Notes under the pieces: generated by a model
Databases searched by the model: none
What the model saw: the letters and a program-made list of their open reading frames with translations, nothing else
Told to the model about the DNA's origin: nothing
Assembly (NCBI GenBank): GCA_044344255.1
Contig: JBIJDH010000015.1
Location: 64,001 to 128,000, forward strand
Length of the DNA stretch: 64,000 nucleotides
From: Myxococcota bacterium
Lineage (GTDB): Bacteria; Myxococcota_A; UBA796; UBA2385
Direction of reading: 5' to 3'
Part shown: piece by piece, positions 21,598 through 30,868 of the stretch
How positions within the stretch are numbered: position 1 is the stretch's first letter
How the letters are laid out: each line of letters opens with the position of its first letter
Made by a program: the position numbers and the translations under genes

Positions 21598-24006
21598 TCA
21601 GCGTGCCAGGAGCTCGGTGACCAGCTCGTCCAGCCGCTTGTCCCCCGAGGGGGGCACGCCCGTGGTGCGGAGGCGGATGGTGCCGTCGCGCTGGATCCAG
21701 AGGGTCGTCGGCAGCCCCTTGTTGGGGAACTCGTTGAAGAGCGCGCTCGTGGGATCGCGGGCGATGGGGAAGGGCATGGGATGGGCCTGGAGCCAGGCCC
21801 CGAGCTTGGCCGGCTCGCTGTCGACGCTCACGCCGAGCACCTTGAGGCCCTGGTCGGCATACTTCGTGGCCAGGAGAGCGAGGGCGGGCATCTCCTTCTG
21901 ACAGGGGCCGCACCAGCTCGCCCAGAAGGTGAGGACGGCGGGGCGCCCGCGGAGGCTGTCTGCGCGGACGCTGCCCCCCTCGAGGGCCTCGACCGAGAAG
22001 TCGCCGAGGCGCTCTCCCGCCTCTCGCCCCTTCACCGTCGCGGGGAGGGAGGGGAGGGGACCGGCGCAGCAGCGGAGGCCGTTGGAAGGGTCCTCGGTGT
22101 CGATGGCCACGTCGTCGCGGAAGTAGCCGCAGCGGGCCGAGTCGCCCGAGGCGTAGGAGCCCCCCTTGAGGGCGGCGGTGCGGGGGGAGAGGCCCACCCA
22201 CTCCTTCACGCCGCCGGTGAGGTCGTAGGCGCCGGCCGGGCTCTTACAGCCCGGGTGATCGCCGGTGAGGAGCTCGCCCACGGCGGTGGGGTTGCGGGCG
22301 TCGGCGCAGAGGCCGACCCGGCGGTGATCGCCGTAGCCGTACCGCTTGCCCTGGAGCTCCTCGTCGGCGATCCGCTCGTCCTGGTCGGTGTCCGGGGAGA
22401 GCGCCCCGCTGCAGGCGGCGGACCACTCCTGATCGGTGCAGAGGCGCTTGCCGGCGGCGGCGCAGGCGTCGCGGGCAGCGGTCCAGCTCAGGCCGCGGGC
22501 GGGCGCGACGCCGGGGGCGCTCTCGGCGCGGCCGCCGACGACCGAGGCCTCGAAGGTGTCGATGGTGACGCCGTCGAGACCCGGGACCGCCACGCTCGTC
22601 GGGGCTCCAGTGACCGCGCCCTTGGCCTCGACGCCGAGCTGGACGTCGAGATCGAGGGCCTCCTTCTGGCCGGCGAGCTCGGCGTCGATGACGGCGCGCA
22701 GCACCTCGATCGGCTGACCGCCGCTGAGCACGCGCCCGTTCACGAAGAACATGGGCGTGCCGGAGACGCCGAGCGAGCCGCCGAGGGCGCTGTGTTCGCC
22801 GATCACGGCCTTCGTCTCTGGGGAGGCCATGCAGGCCTCGAAGGCGGGCTGGTCGAGCCCGAGCTCGCGGGAGAAGCGCAGCCAGTTCTTTTGCCCGAGG
22901 CCGGCCTGGTCCTCGAAGAGGCGGTCGTGCATCTCCCAGAAGCGGCCCTGCGCGTGGGCGCAGTGCGCTGCGGCTGCGGCTTCACAGGCGCTGGGGTGCA
23001 TGGACTTGTGGATGCCGCCCTGGTTGCAGGCGAGATCGAGGGGGAAGTAGGCATAGACGAGCCGGACGTCCTCTGGGTGCTCCTCGACCACCTGGTGGAG
23101 CGTGGTGGCGAGGCGCCGGCAGAAGGGGCACTGGAAGTCGCTCCACTCGATGATCGTCACCGGGGCGTCGGCGGGGCCGATGGAGGGGGCACCGGCGGGG
23201 GCCCGGACACCCTCCTTGGCCATGCCGAGGCGGACCTGCTTGCGGTCGGCCGGGAGCACGTCCTTGACCCGGAAGACCCCCGCGGGCTCCTCGGCCGGCG
23301 CGGCGCGGGCGGCGGCCACCTCGCGGGCGGCGGCGGCCTCTGCGGCCACACCGCGGCGCTGCTCATACACCCCAAAGGCGAGGGCGAAGCTAAAGAGGCC
23401 GGCGACCGCCCCGGCGCCGACCACCCCGGGGGCGCGGATCGGCAGGGCGGCGGCGGCGGGGAGCCAGCGGGCGGGGCGAACGCCGCTGGCGGCGGCGCCG
23501 AGGGCGAGCAGCGCGGCGTGGATGACGTACAGGATGATGCAGAAGAGGCACCAGGCCTTGATCACTGCCGCAGAGATGTAGGCGAGGTAGGCGCTGTAGC
23601 CGACCGAGAGCAGGCCGAGGGCGAAGAGCGCGAGGGCGTAGCGGCGGTCGGCCTTCCGGTAGGCGAGCAGCCCGAGCGCCGCCGAGGCGCCGTAGACGGG
23701 GAAGGCGAGCACCGACTGCGGCACGCCCCAGAGCTCGGACTCGGGGGCGCCGTTGACCGTGCTGCACCGAAAGGTGTCGCCGATGTCGCAGAGGGAGTCG
23801 GCCACCCCGGCGCCGTAGAAGAGGTCGAGGTGGAGGCCGGTGAGGTAGGCCGCGACCGCCGCGCCGGTGGCCGCGCTGACCAGCACCAAGCCGAGCCACC
23901 CGCGCCCCGGCCCGTTTGAGCGCTTGCTGGGCGGCGGCGCGGAGTCTGCGAGCGCGGCGGCGAGATCGTCAGGGGAGGCCGGTCTATGGGGCTGCATCTC
24001 GGGCAC
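21598..24006 (-). CDS. VKOR + DsbA-like thioredoxin + FGE/SUMF1-like + TlpA-like fusion protein
   Basis: VKOR: C-x7-C, S..WGVP, WCLFC. DsbA: SDFQCPFC, GTP..FVNG. FGE-like: GKRLC...EW..AC, YDLTGGVKEW, GLRCC. TlpA: FWASWCGPC, GLPTT. Confidence 0.85.
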   Translation of the reverse strand: MPEMQPHRPASPDDLAAALADSAPPPSKRSNGPGRGWLGLVLVSAATGAAVAAYLTGLHLDLFYGAGVADSLCDIGDTFRCSTVNGAPESELWGVPQSVLAFPVYGASAALGLLAYRKADRRYALALFALGLLSVGYSAYLAYISAAVIKAWCLFCIILYVIHAALLALGAAASGVRPARWLPAAAALPIRAPGVVGAGAVAGLFSFALAFGVYEQRRGVAAEAAAAREVAAARAAPAEEPAGVFRVKDVLPADRKQVRLGMAKEGVRAPAGAPSIGPADAPVTIIEWSDFQCPFCRRLATTLHQVVEEHPEDVRLVYAYFPLDLACNQGGIHKSMHPSACEAAAAAHCAHAQGRFWEMHDRLFEDQAGLGQKNWLRFSRELGLDQPAFEACMASPETKAVIGEHSALGGSLGVSGTPMFFVNGRVLSGGQPIEVLRAVIDAELAGQKEALDLDVQLGVEAKGAVTGAPTSVAVPGLDGVTIDTFEASVVGGRAESAPGVAPARGLSWTAARDACAAAGKRLCTDQEWSAACSGALSPDTDQDERIADEELQGKRYGYGDHRRVGLCADARNPTAVGELLTGDHPGCKSPAGAYDLTGGVKEWVGLSPRTAALKGGSYASGDSARCGYFRDDVAIDTEDPSNGLRCCAGPLPSLPATVKGREAGERLGDFSVEALEGGSVRADSLRGRPAVLTFWASWCGPCQKEMPALALLATKYADQGLKVLGVSVDSEPAKLGAWLQAHPMPFPIARDPTSALFNEFPNKGLPTTLWIQRDGTIRLRTTGVPPSGDKRLDELVTELLAR

Positions 24007-24019
24007 CTCGGTCGCCGGA

Positions 24020-24847
24020 TTAGCCCCTCCTGCGCCGGGGAGGCCAGGGGACGAAGGCGCTCGTGCGCTCGATGTAGTCGCGGTAGGCCGGCCGCCGCTC
24101 GTGGATGTCGCGCTCGAGCAGGGCCACGCCGCTCACCCGCAGCAGGAGGAAGGTCATCAGGGCCGGGGCGAAGAGCAGGGGCCAAGCCCCGATGGAGAGG
24201 GCGAAGAGCCCGAAGCCCCACCAGAGCAGGGCGTTGCCGAAGTAGTTGGGGTGCCGGCTCCAGGCCCAGGGGCCTCGATCGCAGACGGCGCCCTTGTGGG
24301 CGGGATCGGCCTTGAAGGTGCGCAGCACGGCGTCCGCCCAGGCCTCCAAGCCGATCCCCGCGAGGGCGAGCGTGGCGCCGAGGAGATCGAGCAGGCCGAG
24401 CTCCTCGGGCCCGAGCGCGCCCACGGTCGCGTAGACCGGCAGCCCGATCAGGAGCTGAAGCAGCCCCTGGAGCCCGAAGACGACGGGGAGGCTCCAGAGG
24501 TCAAAACGAGGGCCGAAACGACCGCGCATGGCCACGTAGCGGAAGTCCTCACCGTGACCGAGCTTTCGGAGGGTGAGGAAGAGCCCGAGGCGGAGGGCCC
24601 AGAGGGTGATGAGCCCGAGGACGATCTGCGGCCGGAGGCCCGGCCCCAGACCCAGGATCGCGGTCACGGCGGCGCCGAGCGCGAAGCCGGGGGCCCACCA
24701 GGGATCGACGATGCTCACGTCTCGGAGGCGGAGGCTCCAGAGCCAGAGCAGCACCATCGAGAGCCCGATCGCAGCAGCGACGCTGGGGATCGCGTGGATC
24801 AGCGGTGTCCAGACCCCGTCGGAGGCTTGCTCCATCCCTGCCTCCAT
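24020..24847 (-). CDS. DUF1295 membrane protein (steroid 5-alpha-reductase-like)
   Basis: SIVDPWW, WALRL, EDFRY, GPWAWSRHPNYFG and TSAFVPW motifs. Start uncertain. Confidence 0.88.
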   Translation of the reverse strand: MEAGMEQASDGVWTPLIHAIPSVAAAIGLSMVLLWLWSLRLRDVSIVDPWWAPGFALGAAVTAILGLGPGLRPQIVLGLITLWALRLGLFLTLRKLGHGEDFRYVAMRGRFGPRFDLWSLPVVFGLQGLLQLLIGLPVYATVGALGPEELGLLDLLGATLALAGIGLEAWADAVLRTFKADPAHKGAVCDRGPWAWSRHPNYFGNALLWWGFGLFALSIGAWPLLFAPALMTFLLLRVSGVALLERDIHERRPAYRDYIERTSAFVPWPPRRRRG

Positions 24848-24954
24848 TTCACTGCCTCCATTTCGCTGCCGCCATATACCTGCTTTCATCGACTCGTTGG
24901 TGAGTTGCCCCGCGGGTGGGCGCCAGACGCGGATCCGGGCTACCTCAGCCGTAG

Positions 24955-26151
24955 ATGTCCGGGAAGAGGTGGCCCATCATTCGATCCCTGCTGGTCCTGC
25001 TCACGCTGATCGTGGGGGTGGCCCTCGCCGGCCGCGCGAGCAAAAAGGATGACGCCCCCACGGAGATCGCCCCCGCGGAGGTCCCCGTCGTCACGGTCGC
25101 GGCGCCCCCGGCCGAGCCACCGCCCCCTCTGTTTCCATCCCCCTTGCCGATCGCGATCCCCACCGTGCCGGAGGGCCTCGCCAACCTGTCGGCCCAGGGT
25201 TGCAACGCCTGCCATGGGCAGGTGCACGACGACTGGGCCCGCTCCGCCCACGCGAGCGCCTGGTCGAGCCCCAGCTACCAAGCCGCCCTCCAGCGTACGG
25301 GGGAGTCCACCGTCTGTCGGGCTTGTCACCTGCCGATCTCCAACCAGCACCCGCGTCTCGCCGTCGGCTATGTCGGTGGCGATGTCGCACGGCCCGAGCT
25401 CCAGGTGAACCCCGCTTGGGACGCCACGCTGATGACCGAGGGCGTCACCTGTGCGGCCTGCCATGTGCGCGAGGGCAAGATCCTCGGCCTCCACCCGAGC
25501 GCCGGGGCGCCTCATGCGGTGGTGGTCTCGGCCGAGCTCAGCAGCCCGGAGATGTGCGCCACCTGCCACCAGCTCACCTGGCCCGGCGCCGACCGCCCCT
25601 TCTACGACACCTACGGCGAGTGGAAGGCCACGGCCTGGGCCAAGGCCGGCGTGCGCTGCCAGGACTGCCACATGCCGCCCCGGGCCGGGGAGGCCACCGC
25701 CACCCGCTTCGCCGCGACCCCCTCCCACGCCGCCCGCGCCGACGTGGGGCGGGCGCTCTCCATCCTCGTCGACATTGACCAGCCCGAGCTTCAGCGCGGC
25801 AGCGTCTGGTCGGCCCGCGTCAAGCTGCAAAACACGGGCGCGGGGCACCACGTCCCGACGGGCTCCCCCTTCAAGTCCCTCGAGCTCGTGGTCACCCTGC
25901 TCGGAGCCGATGGCAAGGCCCTCGCGCCGCCCTTTGTTCACGAGCTCGGCCGAAAGGTGGAAGACGCACCGCCCTACAAGACCCTCAGCGACTCCCGGAT
26001 CCCTGCCGGGGGTGAGGTCACGGTCGGCCCCTCTTTTACCGTTGATCAGAAGAAGCCGCCCGGCACCGCCACCCTTGAGGTGATGGTGCGACAGAAGGGC
26101 AGCAGCGCCGCGCCGGTCGCTATCCAGCGCATCCCTGTCCCCGTCCTTTGA
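24955..26151 (+). CDS. Multiheme (5 x CxxCH) c-type cytochrome
   Basis: CNACH, CRACH, CAACH, CATCH, CQDCH; N-terminal membrane anchor; NTGAGH..PTG. Confidence 0.9.
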   Translation: MSGKRWPIIRSLLVLLTLIVGVALAGRASKKDDAPTEIAPAEVPVVTVAAPPAEPPPPLFPSPLPIAIPTVPEGLANLSAQGCNACHGQVHDDWARSAHASAWSSPSYQAALQRTGESTVCRACHLPISNQHPRLAVGYVGGDVARPELQVNPAWDATLMTEGVTCAACHVREGKILGLHPSAGAPHAVVVSAELSSPEMCATCHQLTWPGADRPFYDTYGEWKATAWAKAGVRCQDCHMPPRAGEATATRFAATPSHAARADVGRALSILVDIDQPELQRGSVWSARVKLQNTGAGHHVPTGSPFKSLELVVTLLGADGKALAPPFVHELGRKVEDAPPYKTLSDSRIPAGGEVTVGPSFTVDQKKPPGTATLEVMVRQKGSSAAPVAIQRIPVPVL

Positions 26152-26172
26152 GGCCACCCCGATCCCGAGGCC

Positions 26173-27387
26173 ATGATGATCCGCCACGCCGCCCTGACGC
26201 ACCCCGGTAAGCGCCGCAGCCAAAACGAAGACGCCCTCCTCACCCTCGCCGAGCACGGCCTCTTCGTCGTCGCCGACGGCGTTGGCGGGCGGACCGCCGG
26301 AGAGGTCGCGAGCGCCTTGGCCATCGAGACCTTCCAAGAGGCGGGGCCAAAGCTCTCCGCCGCTGTGAAGCGCTACGGTGAGAAGATGGATTGGTCCTCT
26401 CGAAATGAGGTTTTGGAGGCCTTGGACGAGACCTGCCAGCGGGCCTCGGACCGGGTCTACAATGAGGCAGAGCGCACGAACCGACGCGGCATGACCACCA
26501 CGATCGTGGTGGCGCTCGTGGGCGGCGGGGCGGCCTTCCTCGCCCATGTCGGGGACTCCCGCGCTTGGCTCGTCCGCGACGGCCTCATCCGCCAGCTCAC
26601 CGAGGACCACTCGATGGTCAACGAGCTCGTGCGGAGCGGGCAGATGACCTACGACGAGGCGAAGAAGTCCCGCTACAAGAGCGTGATCACCCGCGCGATC
26701 GGGCTTTACCCCTCTGTGAACACCGATCTGATGAGCATCGAGATCCTGCCCGGAGATCGGCTGCTCCTCAATACAGACGGCCTCTCGGATCCGGTCAGCA
26801 CCCCGCTGATCGAAGAGTTGACCGGTCAAGATGAGGTGGAGACCGCCGCCCAGAAGCTGATTGAGGCGGCCCTCGACGGCGGCGGCCCAGACAACGTGAC
26901 CGTGGTGCTGGTCGATCCCGAGGCCACGCCCCAGACCGAGGCGGCGCGGGCCCGCGCGCAGGTGATGCAAGACCTCTTCCTCTTCCACGGGCTGCCCTTC
27001 CACGCCCGCCTGCGGGTGTCGCGCATCTGCCGGGAGCTCTTCTTCATCCCCGGTCAGGTGCTGATGGAGGAGGGCTCGGAGGGCGACGCGATGTACGTCA
27101 TCGTGCAAGGCGAGGTGGCGGTCACCTTCGGCGACCAGCAGCTCGCCACGCTCAAGGCGGGGGAGCACTTCGGGGAGCTCGGCCTGCTCGAGGCCAACCA
27201 CCGCTCGGCCACCGTGACGGGCGCCTCCTTCGGCTCGGCGATCGTCATCTTGCGGAAGGAGCTCCAGGACTTCTGCCAGCGAGAGCCCGCCCTCGGCAAC
27301 GAGATGTTGTGGCGCCTGCTCGCGACCCTCGGCGGCCGGCTGCGGGAGGCCAACGCGCTGGCCACCCGTCGCGCGGGCGAGGGCTGA
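26173..27387 (+). CDS. PP2C-type Ser/Thr phosphatase with C-terminal cyclic-nucleotide-binding domain
   Basis: NED, VADGVGG, HVGDSR, DGL and GGPDNVT; cNMP motif FGELGLL....RSATV. Confidence 0.92.
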   Translation: MMIRHAALTHPGKRRSQNEDALLTLAEHGLFVVADGVGGRTAGEVASALAIETFQEAGPKLSAAVKRYGEKMDWSSRNEVLEALDETCQRASDRVYNEAERTNRRGMTTTIVVALVGGGAAFLAHVGDSRAWLVRDGLIRQLTEDHSMVNELVRSGQMTYDEAKKSRYKSVITRAIGLYPSVNTDLMSIEILPGDRLLLNTDGLSDPVSTPLIEELTGQDEVETAAQKLIEAALDGGGPDNVTVVLVDPEATPQTEAARARAQVMQDLFLFHGLPFHARLRVSRICRELFFIPGQVLMEEGSEGDAMYVIVQGEVAVTFGDQQLATLKAGEHFGELGLLEANHRSATVTGASFGSAIVILRKELQDFCQREPALGNEMLWRLLATLGGRLREANALATRRAGEG

Positions 27388-27390
27388 GCC

Positions 27391-28278
27391 TTGGGCGAGC
27401 CGGCCGTCGCCCCCCCTCCGTCGCCGGTGATCCGCTGCTCGATCAGCCCGGACGCCGACGATCTGTTCATGTTCCGGGCGCTGCTGCTCGGCCTGCTCGA
27501 CACCGAGGGCCTCCGTTTCGACATCCGCACGGCCGACACCGATCGGCTCAACCGTGTGGCTCAGGGAGAGACGGTGGACGCCGCTGAGCTGCCGCACGTC
27601 TCGGCGGTGAGCGTCGCCTGGTACCCCCGCCTCCACGGCGCCTGGCAGCTCCTCCCGCACGGGGGCTCGGTCGGGCGCGGCTACGGCCCGGTCCTCGTGG
27701 CTCCGGCCGCCCTGTCCATCGAGGCCCTGCGCGGCGCCCGCATCGCCGTCCCGGGCACGAGCACCACCGCCTACACCGTCCTCCGTCTCATGCTCGACTT
27801 CGAGCCGGTCGTGGTGCCGATCGTGCCGCCGGGGGCGGTCTTCGAGGCGCTGGCCCGAGGCGAGGTGGATGCCGCGCTGCTCATCCACGAGGGCCGCCTC
27901 ACCTTCCACGAGCACGGCCTCCACCTCGTCACCGACATCGGCGTGGCCTGGGAGCGTGACACCGGGCTCCCGCTCGCCCTCGGCGGCAACGTGATCCGCC
28001 GCGACCTCGGCCCGGCGCTCATCGCCCGGGCCAGCCGTGTCATCCACGCGAGCATCTGCCACGCGCTCGACCACCGCGCGGAGGCCATCGCCTGGCTGCA
28101 CGCCCGGGGGACGGCGCTGCCCGACGAGGCGGCGATCGACCACTACCTCCAGCTCTACGCCAACGAGGACAGCCGCGACTACGGCGCCGACGGCCGCGCG
28201 GGCATCGCCGCCCTGCTCGAGCGCGGCGCCGCCGCTGGGCTGCTGCCCGCCTGCCCGCCGGTCGACTACGCCCCCTGA
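27391..28278 (+). CDS. mqnD: 1,4-dihydroxy-6-naphthoate synthase MqnD (futalosine pathway)
   Basis: SPD.DD.FMF, G.SVGRGYGP, PG..TTA, LIHEG.LT, LPL.LGG and LY.NE motifs. Confidence 0.85.
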   Translation: MGEPAVAPPPSPVIRCSISPDADDLFMFRALLLGLLDTEGLRFDIRTADTDRLNRVAQGETVDAAELPHVSAVSVAWYPRLHGAWQLLPHGGSVGRGYGPVLVAPAALSIEALRGARIAVPGTSTTAYTVLRLMLDFEPVVVPIVPPGAVFEALARGEVDAALLIHEGRLTFHEHGLHLVTDIGVAWERDTGLPLALGGNVIRRDLGPALIARASRVIHASICHALDHRAEAIAWLHARGTALPDEAAIDHYLQLYANEDSRDYGADGRAGIAALLERGAAAGLLPACPPVDYAP

Positions 28279-28296
28279 GCGGTGGGCCCTCCGGGC

Positions 28297-29346
28297 TCAG
28301 CAGGCCTCGCGCACCGGCGCGGCGGCCCCGAAGAGGGAGAGCTGACGGGCCTCCCAGGGGCGCCGGAAGGTGAGCGGCGCGGCGGGCGTGGGCTCCGCGT
28401 TGAGGCCGAGGCGCTCGGTCCAGACTCGAAAGAGCTGCTCGGTGACCGCCCAAGCCGGGCCCTCGCCCTTGTGGCGTTCGCCGAAGCGGCTGTTGGTGAG
28501 CGCGCCCCCGCGGGCCCGCCGGATGCCGTTCATCACACGGTCGGCGCGGTCGGGGAGCTGCTCCCGCAGGCGGCTCTCAAAGACGGTGGCCACCGTGCCG
28601 GACAGCCGCACGAGCGTCATGAAGGCGGTGCGGGCGCCGGCCTCCTGGGCGGCCTCGAGGGCGGCGGGGATGAGGTGGTCATTCAAGCCGGGGATGACGG
28701 GCGCGAGCGAGATCCCCACCGGGATCCCCGCCGCCGCGAGGGCCGCCATCGCCTTCAGCCGCGCCGAGGGCGGCGGGGCGCCGGGCTCGAGCAGGTGGGC
28801 CATCACAGGGTCCAGCAGGGGGATCGAGAAGTGGACGTGGGCGCCCGCGGACGCCTGCAGGGCGAGCAGGAGGTCCAGATCGCGCGTGACCAGCGGGGAG
28901 CGCGTGATGACGCCCACCGGGTTCTGGTAGCGCTGGCAGACCTCGAGGCAGGCCCGTGTGAGCCCGTAGCGCCGCTCCAGCGGCTGGTAGCAGTCGGTGA
29001 CCCCGGAGAAGATCACCCGCTCGCCTGTCCAGGCCGGGAGGTCAAACTCGGCCTCGAGCAGGGCCGCCGCGCGCCGCTTCACGACGATCTTGCGATCGTG
29101 GTCTGTGCCTGCGCCGAAGCCGAGGTACTCGTGGTAGCTCCGCGCGTAGCAGTAGGCGCAGGCGTGGGTGCAGCCTCGATAGGGGTTGACGCTCCAGGAG
29201 AAGCCGAGGTCTGGGCTCTTGTTGTGCGAGAGGATGCCCTTGGTGTCGTCCTCGATGACCTCGAGGGCGGCCGGCGGCTGTGGCTCGTCCCACTCCACCT
29301 CGGTGAGCTGAAAGCGGCCCTTGGGGTTCCAGGCGTTCCTGATCAT
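28297..29346 (-). CDS. PA0069/Rv2578c-family (SplB-like) radical SAM protein
   Basis: SPDLGF..SVNPYRGCTHACAYCYAR, SGVTDCYQPLE and APVIPGLND motifs. Confidence 0.92.
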   Translation of the reverse strand: MIRNAWNPKGRFQLTEVEWDEPQPPAALEVIEDDTKGILSHNKSPDLGFSWSVNPYRGCTHACAYCYARSYHEYLGFGAGTDHDRKIVVKRRAAALLEAEFDLPAWTGERVIFSGVTDCYQPLERRYGLTRACLEVCQRYQNPVGVITRSPLVTRDLDLLLALQASAGAHVHFSIPLLDPVMAHLLEPGAPPPSARLKAMAALAAAGIPVGISLAPVIPGLNDHLIPAALEAAQEAGARTAFMTLVRLSGTVATVFESRLREQLPDRADRVMNGIRRARGGALTNSRFGERHKGEGPAWAVTEQLFRVWTERLGLNAEPTPAAPLTFRRPWEARQLSLFGAAAPVREAC

Positions 29347-29355
29347 ATGTTCAGC
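29339..29355 (-). promoter_or_regulatory. Putative Myxococcus-type LexA (SOS) box overlapping the start codon
   Basis: Near-perfect palindrome CTGAACATATGATCAG, similar to the M. xanthus LexA consensus CTRHAMRYBYGTTCAGS. This gene family is damage-inducible in other bacteria. Confidence 0.65.
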
Positions 29356-29503
29356 TCACCCGTCGCGCGGCCCGCGTCAAGGGTCGGCTCGGGGGCCGGG
29401 CGCGCGGCGGCGATGGACGTTCGCCCTTTGTCCGGACACTGTGATGTCTGGAGAGTGTGAAGGGGCGGCCCCCTCCTGTCGTCTCCGGACCGTAGAGGAG
29501 CCC

Positions 29504-30193
29504 ATGCCCACGCCCGCCTTCGTCCTCGGCCTCCAGCTCTCGGCCTCGCCCGTCCCCCCGCCGCCGGTCTCGCTGCTGCAGCCCGGCGTCTACGCGGCGG
29601 ACGAGGTGCAGGCCCCGCTCGGAGATCAGGGTCCAGGCTGGTTTGCCTTGGTCATCTCTCTCGAAGGGGTCGCTCGGCTCCAGTCGACCGCGGTCTCCGT
29701 GGCGGCCGTGCCACACCCGCTCGATCGGTCGGAGTCCGCCCGCGAGGTGCTCACCCCGGGGCTCGAGGACGCGGTGATCTTGCTGCGCGGCCTGCCGGCG
29801 ATGAAGGCGGGGCCGGTGCCCTCGACGGGGCCGCTCCCATCCGTGGTGCGCCTCGGGGCCCCCGTGTCCCTGCCGGCCCTCGCCCAGACGGGCCTCCCTC
29901 CCGGGGCGGTGAGCCGCCTCCGGCTGGTCTCGGGCGCGCCTGGCCCCGCGCGGCTCTTCTTCGAGGGCGGCGCTGCGACCGCTCCTCGCCGACAGGAGCT
30001 GCTCCAGGCCGAGGACGAGCCCTACCTGCACTGGGCCGGCGATCTCGACGGTGACGGCCGCACCGATCTCCTCCTCAGCGCGGAGCAAGCCGAGCCGCAC
30101 CCCGTGACCCGCCTCGGGCTCTACCTGAGCGGGCGCGCAGCCGCGGACGACCTCGTCGGGCTGGCCGCCGAGCTCGTGTTCGGCGGCTGCTGA
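29504..30193 (+). CDS. Hypothetical protein (WAGDLDGDG motif, ends in GC)
   Basis: GAGGAG RBS plus ATG; LHWAGDLDGDGRTDLL...LYLS. Confidence 0.7.
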   Translation: MPTPAFVLGLQLSASPVPPPPVSLLQPGVYAADEVQAPLGDQGPGWFALVISLEGVARLQSTAVSVAAVPHPLDRSESAREVLTPGLEDAVILLRGLPAMKAGPVPSTGPLPSVVRLGAPVSLPALAQTGLPPGAVSRLRLVSGAPGPARLFFEGGAATAPRRQELLQAEDEPYLHWAGDLDGDGRTDLLLSAEQAEPHPVTRLGLYLSGRAAADDLVGLAAELVFGGC

Positions 30194-30256
30194 GCGGGGC
30201 GGCCCGCCGGGGTCGCGGGTAGCCTTGGGTGCCCTCGCTGGCTTAGGCTCCGCGGC

Positions 30257-30868
30257 GTGAGCTCCAAGGCCGATCCTCGACTCTCCTCCGCGCGCGCCGT
30301 GGTGCTCCTCCTCGTCCATGGGGCGCTCCTGCTGCTCGCCACCCCCGGCCTCGACAGCGTGGGTAAAGGGGGCCTCTCGAAGCGGCAGCGCGCCGACGGC
30401 CTCTCGATGGGCTTCCCGCCCTGGGTGATCGACGCCGTCGATGGCCTGAGCGGCCTCAACGCCGTCCGCGTGCCGATGATGCGCGTCCTGACGCCGCTCC
30501 AGCGCCCGCTCCGCCTCGGACAGAGCTGGAATCTTTATGGGAACGGCCCGATGGTGGTGCGCCGAATGGAGATCGTCTTTGACGACGCTCTCGTCTATCG
30601 GAGCGGAGACCCCGACCTCGACTGGTTCGAGCCGGCCCTGCGCAACCGTCGCATGCGGCCGGTCATCGAGACGGCCGCCGAGGTCCCGAAGGCGCGCAAC
30701 CGCCTCGGGCTCGCCCGCCTCGTCGTCGAGAAGGCGCGCGCCAGCGTGCCCACCGTCCAGCGGGTGGAGCTCCGCTTCACCGTCTCTGATTTTCCGGGAG
30801 GCGCTCCCGTGCTCGACCACAGCCTCTCGGCTGCCGCGCCCGATTGGACCGTGGAGAGCGGACCATGA
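30257..30868 (+). CDS. Membrane protein, partner of the HTTM protein (SdpA/DUF5819-like)
   Basis: N-terminal TM with His; Q.W.LY motif; ATGA-coupled to the HTTM gene. Confidence 0.6.
   Translation: MSSKADPRLSSARAVVLLLVHGALLLLATPGLDSVGKGGLSKRQRADGLSMGFPPWVIDAVDGLSGLNAVRVPMMRVLTPLQRPLRLGQSWNLYGNGPMVVRRMEIVFDDALVYRSGDPDLDWFEPALRNRRMRPVIETAAEVPKARNRLGLARLVVEKARASVPTVQRVELRFTVSDFPGGAPVLDHSLSAAAPDWTVESGP

Noticed and set aside
30185..30259. Gly-Cys-TGA in frame with the next ORF, suggesting selenocysteine readthrough in a selA-positive genome
   Set aside because: The 21 intervening codons look non-coding, I see no convincing SECIS, and the downstream gene has its own N-terminal TM. A terminal GC looks like the natural end of this protein type.
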